From: Promethearchaeota archaeon
GTDB lineage: Archaea > Asgardarchaeota > Lokiarchaeia > Sigyniarchaeales > SOKP01
Reading direction: 5' to 3'
Length of the DNA: 64,000 nucleotides
NCBI GenBank assembly: GCA_019058445.1
Contig: JAHPZA010000009.1
Coordinates: 288,001 to 352,000 of the forward strand
This document shows positions 39,875 to 49,914 of the stretch, piece by piece; position 1 is the stretch's first letter; each line of letters opens with the position of its first letter. A model generated the notes under the pieces. The model was not told the DNA's origin. It did no database searches and worked only from the letters and a program-made list of their open reading frames with translations. The position numbers and the translations under genes were made by a program.

Positions 39875-40062
39875 AAAGACGCTGGCATGTAATACTCTAT
39901 TTAATAATTAATTCCTTATTATGTTATTTTTGTTATATTTATTTAAATATTTAGTTCTAATTGTTTTTTATCTTTTTTCCTTTTAATATATACAAGATTG
40001 AGACTTTGGTTTTATCAAAAGGAGGTTAGTAACTATATTTAAATAAAAATTACGGGAATGAA

Positions 40063-40995
40063 TTATTCTAAATCACTCCATAGAGGAGTACTTAAATATC
40101 TTTCACCCCAATCGCACACAATAAATACTATGTTTTCTCCTTGTTCAAATTCCTTAGAAACTTCATGAATTGCTGCCCAAGCAATTGCCCCAGAACTTAT
40201 TCCAGCAAAGATTCCTTCTAACCTTGCCAATTTTCGGGCAGTAGCAATTGCGTCTTTATATTCAACTTGAATAACCTTATCATAAATTTCAGTATTAAGT
40301 ACATCAGGCACGAACCCTGCACCAATTCCTTGGATTTTATGAGGTCCCGGTTTACCCCCAGATAAGACTGGTGAGTTTTTAGGCTCAACAGCATATACTT
40401 TAAGCCTGGCTCCTACTCTATCTTTGAGAATCTCGCCTACTCCTGTAATAGTACCCCCTGTTCCAACTCCTGCCACAAATGCATCTACTTGCCCAGCTAA
40501 ATCATTGAATATTTCTTTTGCAGTAGTTCTGCGGTGAATATCTGGATTAGCTAAATTCTTGAATTGCTGTGGAATGAATATATTTCCTTCTTCTTTAGCC
40601 AACTCTTCAGCTTTGGCAATAGCTGCTTTCATACCACCTCCTTTTGGAGTCAGAATTACTTTCGCACCAAAAGCCTTTAGAACTTGCCTTCTTTCAATTG
40701 TAACACTTTCGGGCATCGTAAGGACTAAGTTATATCCTTTTGAAGCACACACTAGAGCTAATCCAATTCCGGTGTTTCCTGAAGTCGGTTCAATTATAGT
40801 CGTATCTTTAGATATTATGCCCTCCTCTTCGGCTTTTTCAATCATTGCCATTCCGATTCTGTCTTTAACAGAGCCTCCCGGATTGAAATATTCACATTTA
40901 GCATAAAGATTGGGTTTAATCCCTTCGGTTATTCTATTTAGTTTTACAAGAGGAGTCCTTCCTATTGTTTCGATTATATTATTATATGCTCCCAT
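40063..40995 (-). CDS. cysK: Cysteine synthase A
   Basis: NPGGSVKDR, EPTSGNTG, GVGTGGT, HKIQGIG, ERYLST. Confidence 0.96.
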   Translation of the reverse strand: MGAYNNIIETIGRTPLVKLNRITEGIKPNLYAKCEYFNPGGSVKDRIGMAMIEKAEEEGIISKDTTIIEPTSGNTGIGLALVCASKGYNLVLTMPESVTIERRQVLKAFGAKVILTPKGGGMKAAIAKAEELAKEEGNIFIPQQFKNLANPDIHRRTTAKEIFNDLAGQVDAFVAGVGTGGTITGVGEILKDRVGARLKVYAVEPKNSPVLSGGKPGPHKIQGIGAGFVPDVLNTEIYDKVIQVEYKDAIATARKLARLEGIFAGISSGAIAWAAIHEVSKEFEQGENIVFIVCDWGERYLSTPLWSDLE

Positions 40996-41053
40996 TTAAT
41001 TTCATCTCACGTTATTTAATTTTGATTCATAATATAACAAATTTCCAAAAATA

Positions 41054-41899
41054 TTAGATTCCTCCACCATAATCACCATAAAAAATTTCTATATCACCTT
41101 CTTTTGGTTGTTTAATAATAGAAAATTTTTTTTCTAATTCTTGTATTCTTTTTTCTAATGCCGAAATCGTGATGGATAAAGGATCTGGCATATCTCCATG
41201 CCGGAGGTCAATTTTTTCTATTTTTTCACCTTTTCTCGAAATGATTTTCCCAGGAACTCCCACAACCACTGAATTTGAAGGGATATCATTTACTACCACG
41301 GAATTAGCCCCCACTCTCACATTATCTCCTATCTTTACAGGTCCTAGTACTTTTGCCCCTGTACCTAAAACAACATTATTTCCAATCGTCGGATGCCGTT
41401 TTTTCTTTTCAAGGGATGTACCTCCTAAAACCACTCCAGCATAGATCGTAACATTATTTCCGATTTCAGCAGTTTCTCCGATGACAACCCCAGTTCCATG
41501 GTCAATAAAAAAATCACTGCCAATAGTAGCTCCAGGATGAATTTCAATGGCTGTCAATTCACGAGCGATATCTGATATATATCTCGGGATAAAAGGCATC
41601 CCTAATTTCCAGAAGAAATGACTAATACGATAAAGAAGAACTGCTTTTATACCAGGATAACTAGTAAGTACTTCTAAAAGACTACTGGCAGCAGGATCTT
41701 TATGAAACGCAGCACTTACATCTGAGACAAAAAAATCTAAAATTTTTTGTAATTCTTTATCAATATCTTGACGATCAACATCTGAAGTTCTATAATTCAA
41801 GTCTAATATGCATTCTGCGCAATATGCTGGACCATTTTGCTCTTTTGTACCCAGGTTTTTACCACAATTTAAGCAGTGTAGGAACTTTTTCATTGACAT
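41054..41899 (-). CDS. cysE: Serine O-acetyltransferase with an N-terminal Zn-finger extension
   Basis: DPAA, EIHPGA.IG..FFIDHG.G, KRHPT, hexapeptide repeats; CLNC...CAEC; ends DYGGGI. Confidence 0.95.
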   Translation of the reverse strand: MSMKKFLHCLNCGKNLGTKEQNGPAYCAECILDLNYRTSDVDRQDIDKELQKILDFFVSDVSAAFHKDPAASSLLEVLTSYPGIKAVLLYRISHFFWKLGMPFIPRYISDIARELTAIEIHPGATIGSDFFIDHGTGVVIGETAEIGNNVTIYAGVVLGGTSLEKKKRHPTIGNNVVLGTGAKVLGPVKIGDNVRVGANSVVVNDIPSNSVVVGVPGKIISRKGEKIEKIDLRHGDMPDPLSITISALEKRIQELEKKFSIIKQPKEGDIEIFYGDYGGGI

Positions 41900-42104
41900 T
41901 TGATCACATATAATACTTTAGAAATTTTATATTTCTATCTATAAAGACTTTATTATCATAATTTCATATAAATTTGGTTTATAATTTAAAAAGAAAATAG
42001 AATATAAGACTACACTATTCTTGCTATATCCTATGATTATTAAATATATTATAACTTTTTGAAAAAAAATTGCTAAGAAGAGAACAGAATAATTTTAAGA
42101 TCAA

Positions 42105-42392
42105 TTATTCTCCGAGTAATTCTTTAACTTCCTCCATTCCTTCTTGCATTTCTTTTTCCTGTTGTTTGTCATGTTTTAACAATAAGTATTGGAATTCTCC
42201 AACATGTTCTTTTTCCTCTTTCGCTACGTCCATTAAAACTGCCTTTATATTTTTATCATCAGTTAATGCTGCCATCTGTTCGTATAGGTTTATGGCATCT
42301 AATTCAGCCAACATTGCTGTTCGGAGTATTTGTTTATTGAGAGCTTCCTTACTTACCTTTTCAAGAATAATAGGGATATTTGCTAAAGTCAT
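42105..42392 (-). CDS. Short ferritin-like protein (encapsulated-ferritin/Flp type)
   Basis: AELDAINLYEQ...EEKEHVGEF. Confidence 0.85.
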   Translation of the reverse strand: MTLANIPIILEKVSKEALNKQILRTAMLAELDAINLYEQMAALTDDKNIKAVLMDVAKEEKEHVGEFQYLLLKHDKQQEKEMQEGMEEVKELLGE

Positions 42393-42667
42393 TTTATTAC
42401 CTCCTTTTAGATTTATTTTTATTTGGATTGTAAATCCTTACACTTTATGTTCTGATAATATCATTTAAAAAATTGACGTATAAAACTTATAAAGTGACTT
42501 TTTAAGGGAATTTATAAATTAAAGATAATCATCTCATAAACAATATCTTATAATTAGCAAAACCTGCCAATTTTTAATAAATCATAGAAAAAACGTTTAA
42601 TAACCCAATCGCTCTATTTTGATAACAGAAATCATATACTTAAAAAAATTAAAAAAAGTGAAATCTT

Positions 42668-42973
42668 ATGTCAGAACAAGAAAAACTTTATGTATCTCCT
42701 GATGTATGTATGTGGCCAAATGATGAACACGATACATACCATATTGAAATTACCTTACCGGGAGTGGAAAAGGACACTTTAAAATTGAAAATGCATGAGG
42801 ATTCATTTTTCATTAAAGGGGAAACAGATGATACAGTATACATAGGTTCTTATGCCGTATGTTGTGAAATTGACCCTGAAAAGGCTAAAGCTTTTTACAA
42901 AAATGGATTACTTAAGATAGATGTTCCCTTTAAAGAACCTGAGTTCCATAGCATTGATGTAGCCATAGACTAA
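42668..42973 (+). CDS. Hsp20/alpha-crystallin small heat-shock protein
   Basis: LPGVEK...AKAFYKNGLLKI.VP. Confidence 0.9.
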   Translation: MSEQEKLYVSPDVCMWPNDEHDTYHIEITLPGVEKDTLKLKMHEDSFFIKGETDDTVYIGSYAVCCEIDPEKAKAFYKNGLLKIDVPFKEPEFHSIDVAID

Positions 42974-43015
42974 CAATAAAAAAATACTTCTTTTTTTTAT
43001 TATTTCTTTAATTGT

Positions 43016-43729
43016 TTATGATTTAGCAAATTTCTCTTTAGATGCTATCAAAGCTTTAACATCAAAAGGTTTACCATGAGCGGGATAAATGGTTTTTGCC
43101 CCGTGATCGATGATTTTCTGCCAACTTTCAAAGACGGTATTTATATCCTGAGCAAAAATTGGTCTCTTTTTTATACCGGTGAATTTTAGAAAATTCATAG
43201 CTACATCACCAACAAAAGCATTCCCATTAGCTAATACAATAGCTAGATGATCCGAAGTATGTCCGGGAGTATAGAGGATAGCACCATCTATTCCTAGCGT
43301 CTTTAAAAGTTCATGATTATCACTATCAAGAATGATATCTTCTTCTGATAATCTTACCGGGGGATATCCAAATTCATGAAACCGCTCAAACAATTTAAAT
43401 GTGAACTTGACGCGCTTATTAATTGGTAGTGCATCTTCTTCAGGTTTTCCTTGTTCTAAATAAGATAAAGCATTCTTATGAACAATAATTTTCGCTCCAG
43501 TTTTTTCCACTAATTTAGTTGCAAAACCGGCGTGATCATCATGATGATGGGTTAAAAAAAGATACTTGATATCAGTTAGATTTATCTTAATTTTCTTAAT
43601 TTTCTTTTCAAATTTTTCATAATCTTTTGGATAACTGGTATCTATTAATAAGTACCCTTCATTGCATTTTAAAAAGTAGCAATTCGTATAGCTTAATTTT
43701 ATGGACTGAATTTCATTTGATTTTTCCAT
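43016..43729 (-). CDS. MBL-fold metallo-hydrolase
   Basis: THHHDDHAG, TPGHT, GD, PAHG. Confidence 0.9.
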   Translation of the reverse strand: MEKSNEIQSIKLSYTNCYFLKCNEGYLLIDTSYPKDYEKFEKKIKKIKINLTDIKYLFLTHHHDDHAGFATKLVEKTGAKIIVHKNALSYLEQGKPEEDALPINKRVKFTFKLFERFHEFGYPPVRLSEEDIILDSDNHELLKTLGIDGAILYTPGHTSDHLAIVLANGNAFVGDVAMNFLKFTGIKKRPIFAQDINTVFESWQKIIDHGAKTIYPAHGKPFDVKALIASKEKFAKS

Positions 43730-43855
43730 ATAGATAATAAACCAAAATAATATATAAAATAAATAAAAACAAAATAAGAAGCAATTTTTTTTAATATCAC
43801 ATCCTTATGAAAAATAATCCAAATTGCAAAGAGAAAAGAAAGTTGGTGTTTTCTT

Positions 43856-45427
43856 TTGAAAAAAAAAGTTCACAATAAAATCGAATACTATAGGTATAAG
43901 ATTCAAAAGGCTTCTTTAGATTTAAAAGCGTTACTCCGGGAGGAAATTGAAGAATATGAAATCTTGTTATATGGAAAAAGAGGACTTCGTTATAGGATTG
44001 ATCGGCTCGAGCAACTATTATATGGAGAGGTTGAGAAACATTGGTTTAACGAATTAAGAGGGCAGAGCCATGCATTAAATAACATAAGAATCTTTTTTAA
44101 GGGTAGTTATAGCTCATTTGTCATAAAAAATCTTATAAAAAGCATCTCTCAAATAGGAATAATTAATATTATTAAATTAGCATTGCATCAAATGAAAGTA
44201 AGTAATGAGATGAGAAAAATCAACTCAAATATTAGTCATAACGATGAATTTAATGCAATTCTTCAGTATCGAAAAAAAGAAAAGCTCAAACTCTTAAGAG
44301 AGCCTAAAGAAGAAGAGGGATTAACATCATATGAGCGATTCAATAAAGCTGTTCAGCTAAAGGAACCCGATCGAATTCCAATAACCCCTTTGATGGACTA
44401 CTTTTATGCTGCAAATAATAATATGTCATCCAAAGAATTTGTTTTGGGTCCTATTGAAAATCTTTTTACCGCTGTAAGAAATACTTATGCAAAATTTGAA
44501 GGGAAGCTCGATATGGTACACCTCCCTATGGGTCGCCTATACGCCTTTTATAATATATTACCTTTAGGGCCATCGGGATTTTATAATGAGTTAGATTATT
44601 CTGATGAAATTCCAAGCACTCTTCAATTTATAGAAAAAGGGTATATAAAAACAAAGGATCTTAAAAAAATAAAAAAATTAGGGTTAAGATCGATCTGGAG
44701 ACCTGTGAGTAATTTAAAGATTCTTGAAACTCAAGCTGATTTTCTAAAAATTGGAAAATATATTAATTATTGGGAACATAAAAAGCACGTACCCATTTAT
44801 GCTACGAGTGGAATCGTTACACCTTTAGAAGGTTTATGCTATTTAATGGGTATAAAGAATTGGGCTAAAGCAATTAGGAAACACAAGGAAGAGCTCAGAG
44901 AATTTTGTGAACTACTTCTGGACTCTACCCTAGCTAATGATTATGTAATGTATTCATTGTCTCAAGTAAAAAGGACTTACATTTGTTTGGAACGTGTAAG
45001 TCCAATGTTTATTTCTCCTAATGATTTTGAGGAATTAGTTTTACATGATCTAAGAGAAATCGTTAAAGAAAATGTTAGAAATGGTCTTACTACTGTATTT
45101 CATATGGATACTGATTGGACTCCTTTCTTTCATTATTTCCTCGAATTCCCTAAAAATGGAAAGTATATTCTTCACTTAGAAGATTCTGATATTTTTAAAG
45201 CAAAAGAAATGCTGGGTAGTCGATTTTGTATTATGGGTAATATTCAAACAAAATTCTTACGATTTGGAACAGAACAACAAATAATAGATAAAACCAAAGA
45301 ATTAATTGAGGGTTGTAAAGAAGGAGGGGGATACATGATGGCAGAGGGTTGTGAGGTCGCTCCAGATACTCCTTTTAAGAATCTTAAGATTTGGGTAGAA
45401 ACAACCTTGAAATATGGAGCATACTAA
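43856..45427 (+). CDS. Uroporphyrinogen decarboxylase / MtaA-CmuA family protein with an N-terminal extension
   Basis: EPDRIP, FHMD, CIMGNI, GGGYMM..GCEV.P.TP..N. Confidence 0.8.
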   Translation: MKKKVHNKIEYYRYKIQKASLDLKALLREEIEEYEILLYGKRGLRYRIDRLEQLLYGEVEKHWFNELRGQSHALNNIRIFFKGSYSSFVIKNLIKSISQIGIINIIKLALHQMKVSNEMRKINSNISHNDEFNAILQYRKKEKLKLLREPKEEEGLTSYERFNKAVQLKEPDRIPITPLMDYFYAANNNMSSKEFVLGPIENLFTAVRNTYAKFEGKLDMVHLPMGRLYAFYNILPLGPSGFYNELDYSDEIPSTLQFIEKGYIKTKDLKKIKKLGLRSIWRPVSNLKILETQADFLKIGKYINYWEHKKHVPIYATSGIVTPLEGLCYLMGIKNWAKAIRKHKEELREFCELLLDSTLANDYVMYSLSQVKRTYICLERVSPMFISPNDFEELVLHDLREIVKENVRNGLTTVFHMDTDWTPFFHYFLEFPKNGKYILHLEDSDIFKAKEMLGSRFCIMGNIQTKFLRFGTEQQIIDKTKELIEGCKEGGGYMMAEGCEVAPDTPFKNLKIWVETTLKYGAY

Positions 45428-45447
45428 TTTTGAATTTATCAGTGAAA

Positions 45448-46392
45448 TTAATATTCTATTTCCATCTCTTTAAGATAGTCAAAAGCAGAATAGGCCGCAA
45501 TTACCCCTTCAGCTACCCCTGTGATGGCTTGCTTGAAAGGAGCGTCTGCAACATCTCCCGCGGCGAAAATACCGGGGATATTTGTTTCAGACTTTCGGTT
45601 GATAATGATTTCACCTTTTTCATTTGTGTTAACTCCAATTCTTTTAGCAAGATCTGAATTTGGATTTGATCCGATTTCGATAAATACCCCATCAACCTCA
45701 AATTCCTTACCATTATCAAATATTACTGCTCTTACGGAATTATCTCCTTTTATTCCCGTAATATTAGTTTTATAGATAATCTCGATTTTTTCATTATCAT
45801 ATACACGCTTTTTATTTATGGGTTCCGCTCGTATTTCTTCTCCCCGATATATAATGTATACCTTTTTCGCATTTTGGGTAAGGAACAGTGCTTCTTTTGT
45901 GGCAGAATCACTCCCACCTATGACACAAACTACTTTATCCTTAAAGAACGGACCATCACATGTAGCACAATAAGACACTCCTCTTCCCGTAAATTCCTCT
46001 TCTCCGGGGATTCCCAGTTTTCTTCTTTCTGAACCAGTGGCGATGCAAATTGTACGGGCTTTAAACTGCTGAAAAAAGGATTGAAGAACAAAATAATCCT
46101 CTTTTTGTTCAATGCTCCCTATCTCATCGGAAATATAAGAAATATTTAACGATTGCATATGTTCTCTAAACATTTCCATGAATCCTGGACCGCTTACAGA
46201 AGTAATTCCCGGATAATTCTCTATAATATGAGTTGTTGCGATTAATCCGCCAAATGTTTTTCCAACAATAAGTACGTCCATCGCGAAGCGAGCAGCATAA
46301 ATCGCACAGCCAATAGCCGTTGGACCTCCTCCTAAAACGATAATATCATAAATCTTTTCGGGATCGAACCCGAGTGAATCAGTAGGAAACAC
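45448..46392 (-). CDS. trxB: Thioredoxin reductase
   Basis: GGGP, GRGVSYCATCDG, GIFAAGD, KQAITGV. Confidence 0.95.
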   Translation of the reverse strand: MFPTDSLGFDPEKIYDIIVLGGGPTAIGCAIYAARFAMDVLIVGKTFGGLIATTHIIENYPGITSVSGPGFMEMFREHMQSLNISYISDEIGSIEQKEDYFVLQSFFQQFKARTICIATGSERRKLGIPGEEEFTGRGVSYCATCDGPFFKDKVVCVIGGSDSATKEALFLTQNAKKVYIIYRGEEIRAEPINKKRVYDNEKIEIIYKTNITGIKGDNSVRAVIFDNGKEFEVDGVFIEIGSNPNSDLAKRIGVNTNEKGEIIINRKSETNIPGIFAAGDVADAPFKQAITGVAEGVIAAYSAFDYLKEMEIEY

Positions 46393-47062
46393 GTATATTC
46401 CCTCCTATTAATGATCGTAATATTTCATTTGGCCCAACCATCCCAGTAATTGTCTTTTGATCATTGATGATTGTGTAGGGGACACCTGCGGCATCATAAT
46501 ATTGGCCGATATCTTGATTGTGGTTTATATCGATAATTACCGTTCTAATCTTCCCCTCAGAAGCTAGCGCAAACATATTCGCGATGGTAATAACTTGAGG
46601 ACAATAGGGACAAGTTTCCGTCATCATTATTTTTATTGTACTAGGCTCTATCCTGTTTAAATTCTGTTTTATTGTAGCTTCATAATAATTAGGGGCACCT
46701 GCAAAAGTAAATATTGATTGAATAAAGGGCTGGATCTCAGCACCCTGAGGAGCTGCTAAGTACCTGATTACCTCTCTTCCATTATTATCGATAAAAAGAA
46801 TTGTGGGCACACGAGAAATATCATATTGCTTCACAAACTCAGGATTATCATCTATTGACATTTCTTCAATGGTGAGCATTCCATTTGAGTTTTCCTCATA
46901 AATTCGTAATAATGTCATGAATTGACTACAATCCATACAAGCTCTTATCTTAGATCCATCTGCCTCAATCCTTTGAGAAGTAAAAACTTTTAATTTTACT
47001 GGTGTTTTTAATTTAGCCATTTCCCTCCGAATAATTTCCTTATAATGTTCATCTGAAGACAT
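46379..47062 (-). CDS. Protein disulfide oxidoreductase (two thioredoxin folds)
   Basis: CMDC and CPYC sites, RVP and GVP cis-Pro motifs. Confidence 0.9.
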   Translation of the reverse strand: MSSDEHYKEIIRREMAKLKTPVKLKVFTSQRIEADGSKIRACMDCSQFMTLLRIYEENSNGMLTIEEMSIDDNPEFVKQYDISRVPTILFIDNNGREVIRYLAAPQGAEIQPFIQSIFTFAGAPNYYEATIKQNLNRIEPSTIKIMMTETCPYCPQVITIANMFALASEGKIRTVIIDINHNQDIGQYYDAAGVPYTIINDQKTITGMVGPNEILRSLIGGNIRVSY

Positions 47063-47096
47063 TTCGAATCATACCTCCTTATTTTTAATTTATATG

Positions 47097-47789
47097 TTAA
47101 GCATACATCCCGTCAAAATCTCTTTTTCCTTTTGTGAGTTTATCTAATAAGTCTTGAGGTGAAAACATGCCATAAATATGTTCTTTTTCATTTATCATTG
47201 TATGGGGAACTCCCTGAATTTGGTATTTCATCGCAATGTCTTGATTGGCGTTAATATCAATGATATTGACTTTAATTTTTCCATCTGATAAAGTAGCAAA
47301 TAAATTTGCAATAGGTACAACTGTGGGACAATATGGGCATGTATGAGTAATAAACAATTTGATTTCTGATTTCCCGATTTTCTTAAGGTTTGTCATGATG
47401 GTGTCTTTGTAAAAAGAAACCGATCCAGAGAAATCTTGTAAACTTTTAATAAAAGGTGCTAATTCTGCTCCTGAAGGTTCTGCGGTATACCGTATGACTT
47501 CCCGATCTTTTTCATCTATAAAAAGAATAGTTGGAATTCTTACAACCTTATATTTTTCTACGATGTCAGGATTCTCCTCAGTGGAGTATTCTTCAACATC
47601 TAATTTACCATTAGAGTGCTGTTCCAATACATTCAACAAATTAAAAGTGCTATCACATGCCATACACTGTCTAATTTTTGTTCCATCGTCTTGAGTTTTG
47701 AAATCGGTAAATAATTTTAAAGAGACTCTGTCTTTCAATTTAGCCATTTCATTTATTATAAGTTTTTCATTTTGAACTATGTAGGACAT
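47097..47789 (-). CDS. Protein disulfide oxidoreductase, tandem paralog
   Basis: CMAC and CPYC sites; colinear with the neighbouring gene. Confidence 0.9.
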   Translation of the reverse strand: MSYIVQNEKLIINEMAKLKDRVSLKLFTDFKTQDDGTKIRQCMACDSTFNLLNVLEQHSNGKLDVEEYSTEENPDIVEKYKVVRIPTILFIDEKDREVIRYTAEPSGAELAPFIKSLQDFSGSVSFYKDTIMTNLKKIGKSEIKLFITHTCPYCPTVVPIANLFATLSDGKIKVNIIDINANQDIAMKYQIQGVPHTMINEKEHIYGMFSPQDLLDKLTKGKRDFDGMYA

Positions 47790-48011
47790 CTTTAAATCTA
47801 CTCTTTGTGATTTAACCTAAGATAATTTAGGCAATTTAATATAAAAATCTTTTATACTCTAATCTATAAGAAAATAGCATAAAAAGGTTATTCTAATAAA
47901 AATAAAATTATCATTTCAATTTATAAAATAAAAAAATAGGACTCTTGAAGAAATGATATTATATTTATCATCTAATCAACGAATGAAATAAAAAAAAGAT
48001 TTGAAGATAAT

Positions 48012-49820
48012 CTAGTTAAGATGTTTTTTAATATAATCTATTGTCTTTGTTAAGAGAGGGATTTTTTCTTCCCAATTAAACATTGCCGAAATATGGCCTG
48101 CCTTTTCAAACAAATTAAATTCATGAGGGTGATTTTTTTCTTTAAGTTTGTCAATAAATCTTTCGATTGGTTCTATTGGGCATCTTGTGTCATTTTTACC
48201 CCCCATTATCATTACAGGAGCCTTTATATCAGAAACAAATGTAATTGGACTTCGATCTAAATATAACTGCTTTAATTCTTTTCGTGGTTTTCCTCCAAAC
48301 AGAGCCGCTTCAAATTGTTGGAAGAATAGATCTGATAATTTATACATATGAAGCCAGTCCACGACAGGTACCAAAGAAACTCCTGTAACAAAAACATTGG
48401 GTTTTTTTGTTAGTGCTATTAATGTCATGTAGCCACCATAGGAAGCACCAGTTATACTCAATTTAGATCCATCAATTTCTGATCGTTCTTTCAGCCATTT
48501 TGCTCCGTAGACAACATCTTCTAAATCTCCACCCCCAGGATCACCTATATCCAAATTTTGGAATTCCGTACCATAACCCGTTGATCCTCTATAGTTCGGA
48601 GCTAAAACTGCCATACCATTCTGGGAAAAAGCTTGGTGGTTCATTCCGTAAATCCAAGAATCACTAGTCTGACTCCAAGGTCCACCGTGGATATGCATTA
48701 CTGCAGGAATTTTTGCTTTTTCAGAAATAGCAGGAATATACCACCCATGGATTTTATGTCCATCAAACGAATCATACCATATAGACTGAGGAGGGGTAAA
48801 TTTTGTAATATCTATATTAAAATCTCTTGTGGTAAGAGGCTTTATGGACTCTGTTCCTAATTCGTGAATATATAATCCATAAGGATCTTTTAGTGAAGAA
48901 TGTAATGTAATGATTTTTTTACCATCCTTACTAATTTTTGGCCACTCAACAGTACCTATTGGAAATGGAAGAGGTTCCTCAACACTGACTCCAATAGGAT
49001 GACCACGTAAAGTTGATCGCCCATGTTTAGCTACAATATAATAAATCTTATCACCTTTAGGGCTCCAAACAGCTCCACCAAAATAAGGATTGGCATCCTC
49101 CTCTTGATCTAACTCTAGCATGATAGAGTCTTCCCCTTGAAATTCTTGGATATAGAGTCTTCCCCGCCCAGTTGCTTCGCTAAATAAAGCTAACTTTTTA
49201 TCATCAGAAGACCACGAAGGAATCCCATCTCTTGTATCTTTTTTAATACTATAAATAATAATATCAGATGGATCTTTTCTATTTATAACAGATACTTCAG
49301 TATCTATAAAACTTTTGATGGATGTACAAGCAAACCATTTAGCATCATGAGAATAATGTAAGTCGTATAGTATTGGTCCCTTATAATCCAGAATGTACGA
49401 TTCTTCAGTTTTAAGATTAATTGTTTCTATACCTCCGCCTTTAGGGGATATAATTGTGCGGGAAATCTCCATTCCATCAGGATTCCATGAAATTCCCATT
49501 GTTCTATAAGGATTTATGCTTATTTGTTTTTTCTCTCCATCTTCAGTTGAAAGGTTGAAAAGATGAGAGATTTCATCTCCATCTTTATCCATGGGATAAA
49601 CAATATATTTACCGTCTGGTGATAAATTACCTCCTAGGATGGATTGATTCTCCTTAGTTAATTGCTTAGGCCCTTTACTTAAATCTGTGGGAAGGAGATA
49701 TAGTTGTAGCAAACCAGTATTATTAGAGGAATAAATAATGTATTTACAATTCTCATCTGTATCAAAACTCCAAATAATAGGAATCTTAACAATATCTTCA
49801 ATTGTGATGCTAATTTTCAT
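48012..49820 (-). CDS. S9 family (acylaminoacyl/prolyl oligo) peptidase
   Basis: Beta-propeller region, HGGP, NYRGSTGYG, GASYGG, NDTRCP, GH. Confidence 0.93.
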   Translation of the reverse strand: MKISITIEDIVKIPIIWSFDTDENCKYIIYSSNNTGLLQLYLLPTDLSKGPKQLTKENQSILGGNLSPDGKYIVYPMDKDGDEISHLFNLSTEDGEKKQISINPYRTMGISWNPDGMEISRTIISPKGGGIETINLKTEESYILDYKGPILYDLHYSHDAKWFACTSIKSFIDTEVSVINRKDPSDIIIYSIKKDTRDGIPSWSSDDKKLALFSEATGRGRLYIQEFQGEDSIMLELDQEEDANPYFGGAVWSPKGDKIYYIVAKHGRSTLRGHPIGVSVEEPLPFPIGTVEWPKISKDGKKIITLHSSLKDPYGLYIHELGTESIKPLTTRDFNIDITKFTPPQSIWYDSFDGHKIHGWYIPAISEKAKIPAVMHIHGGPWSQTSDSWIYGMNHQAFSQNGMAVLAPNYRGSTGYGTEFQNLDIGDPGGGDLEDVVYGAKWLKERSEIDGSKLSITGASYGGYMTLIALTKKPNVFVTGVSLVPVVDWLHMYKLSDLFFQQFEAALFGGKPRKELKQLYLDRSPITFVSDIKAPVMIMGGKNDTRCPIEPIERFIDKLKEKNHPHEFNLFEKAGHISAMFNWEEKIPLLTKTIDYIKKHLN

Positions 49821-49914
49821 TCACCTATGATTTTTTAGTTCATAAAAATTTGATTTCGATTAGGTTAAGTATAGTTTAGATTTGAATTAAATTATTTGAA
49901 TTTTTTTTGCAATA

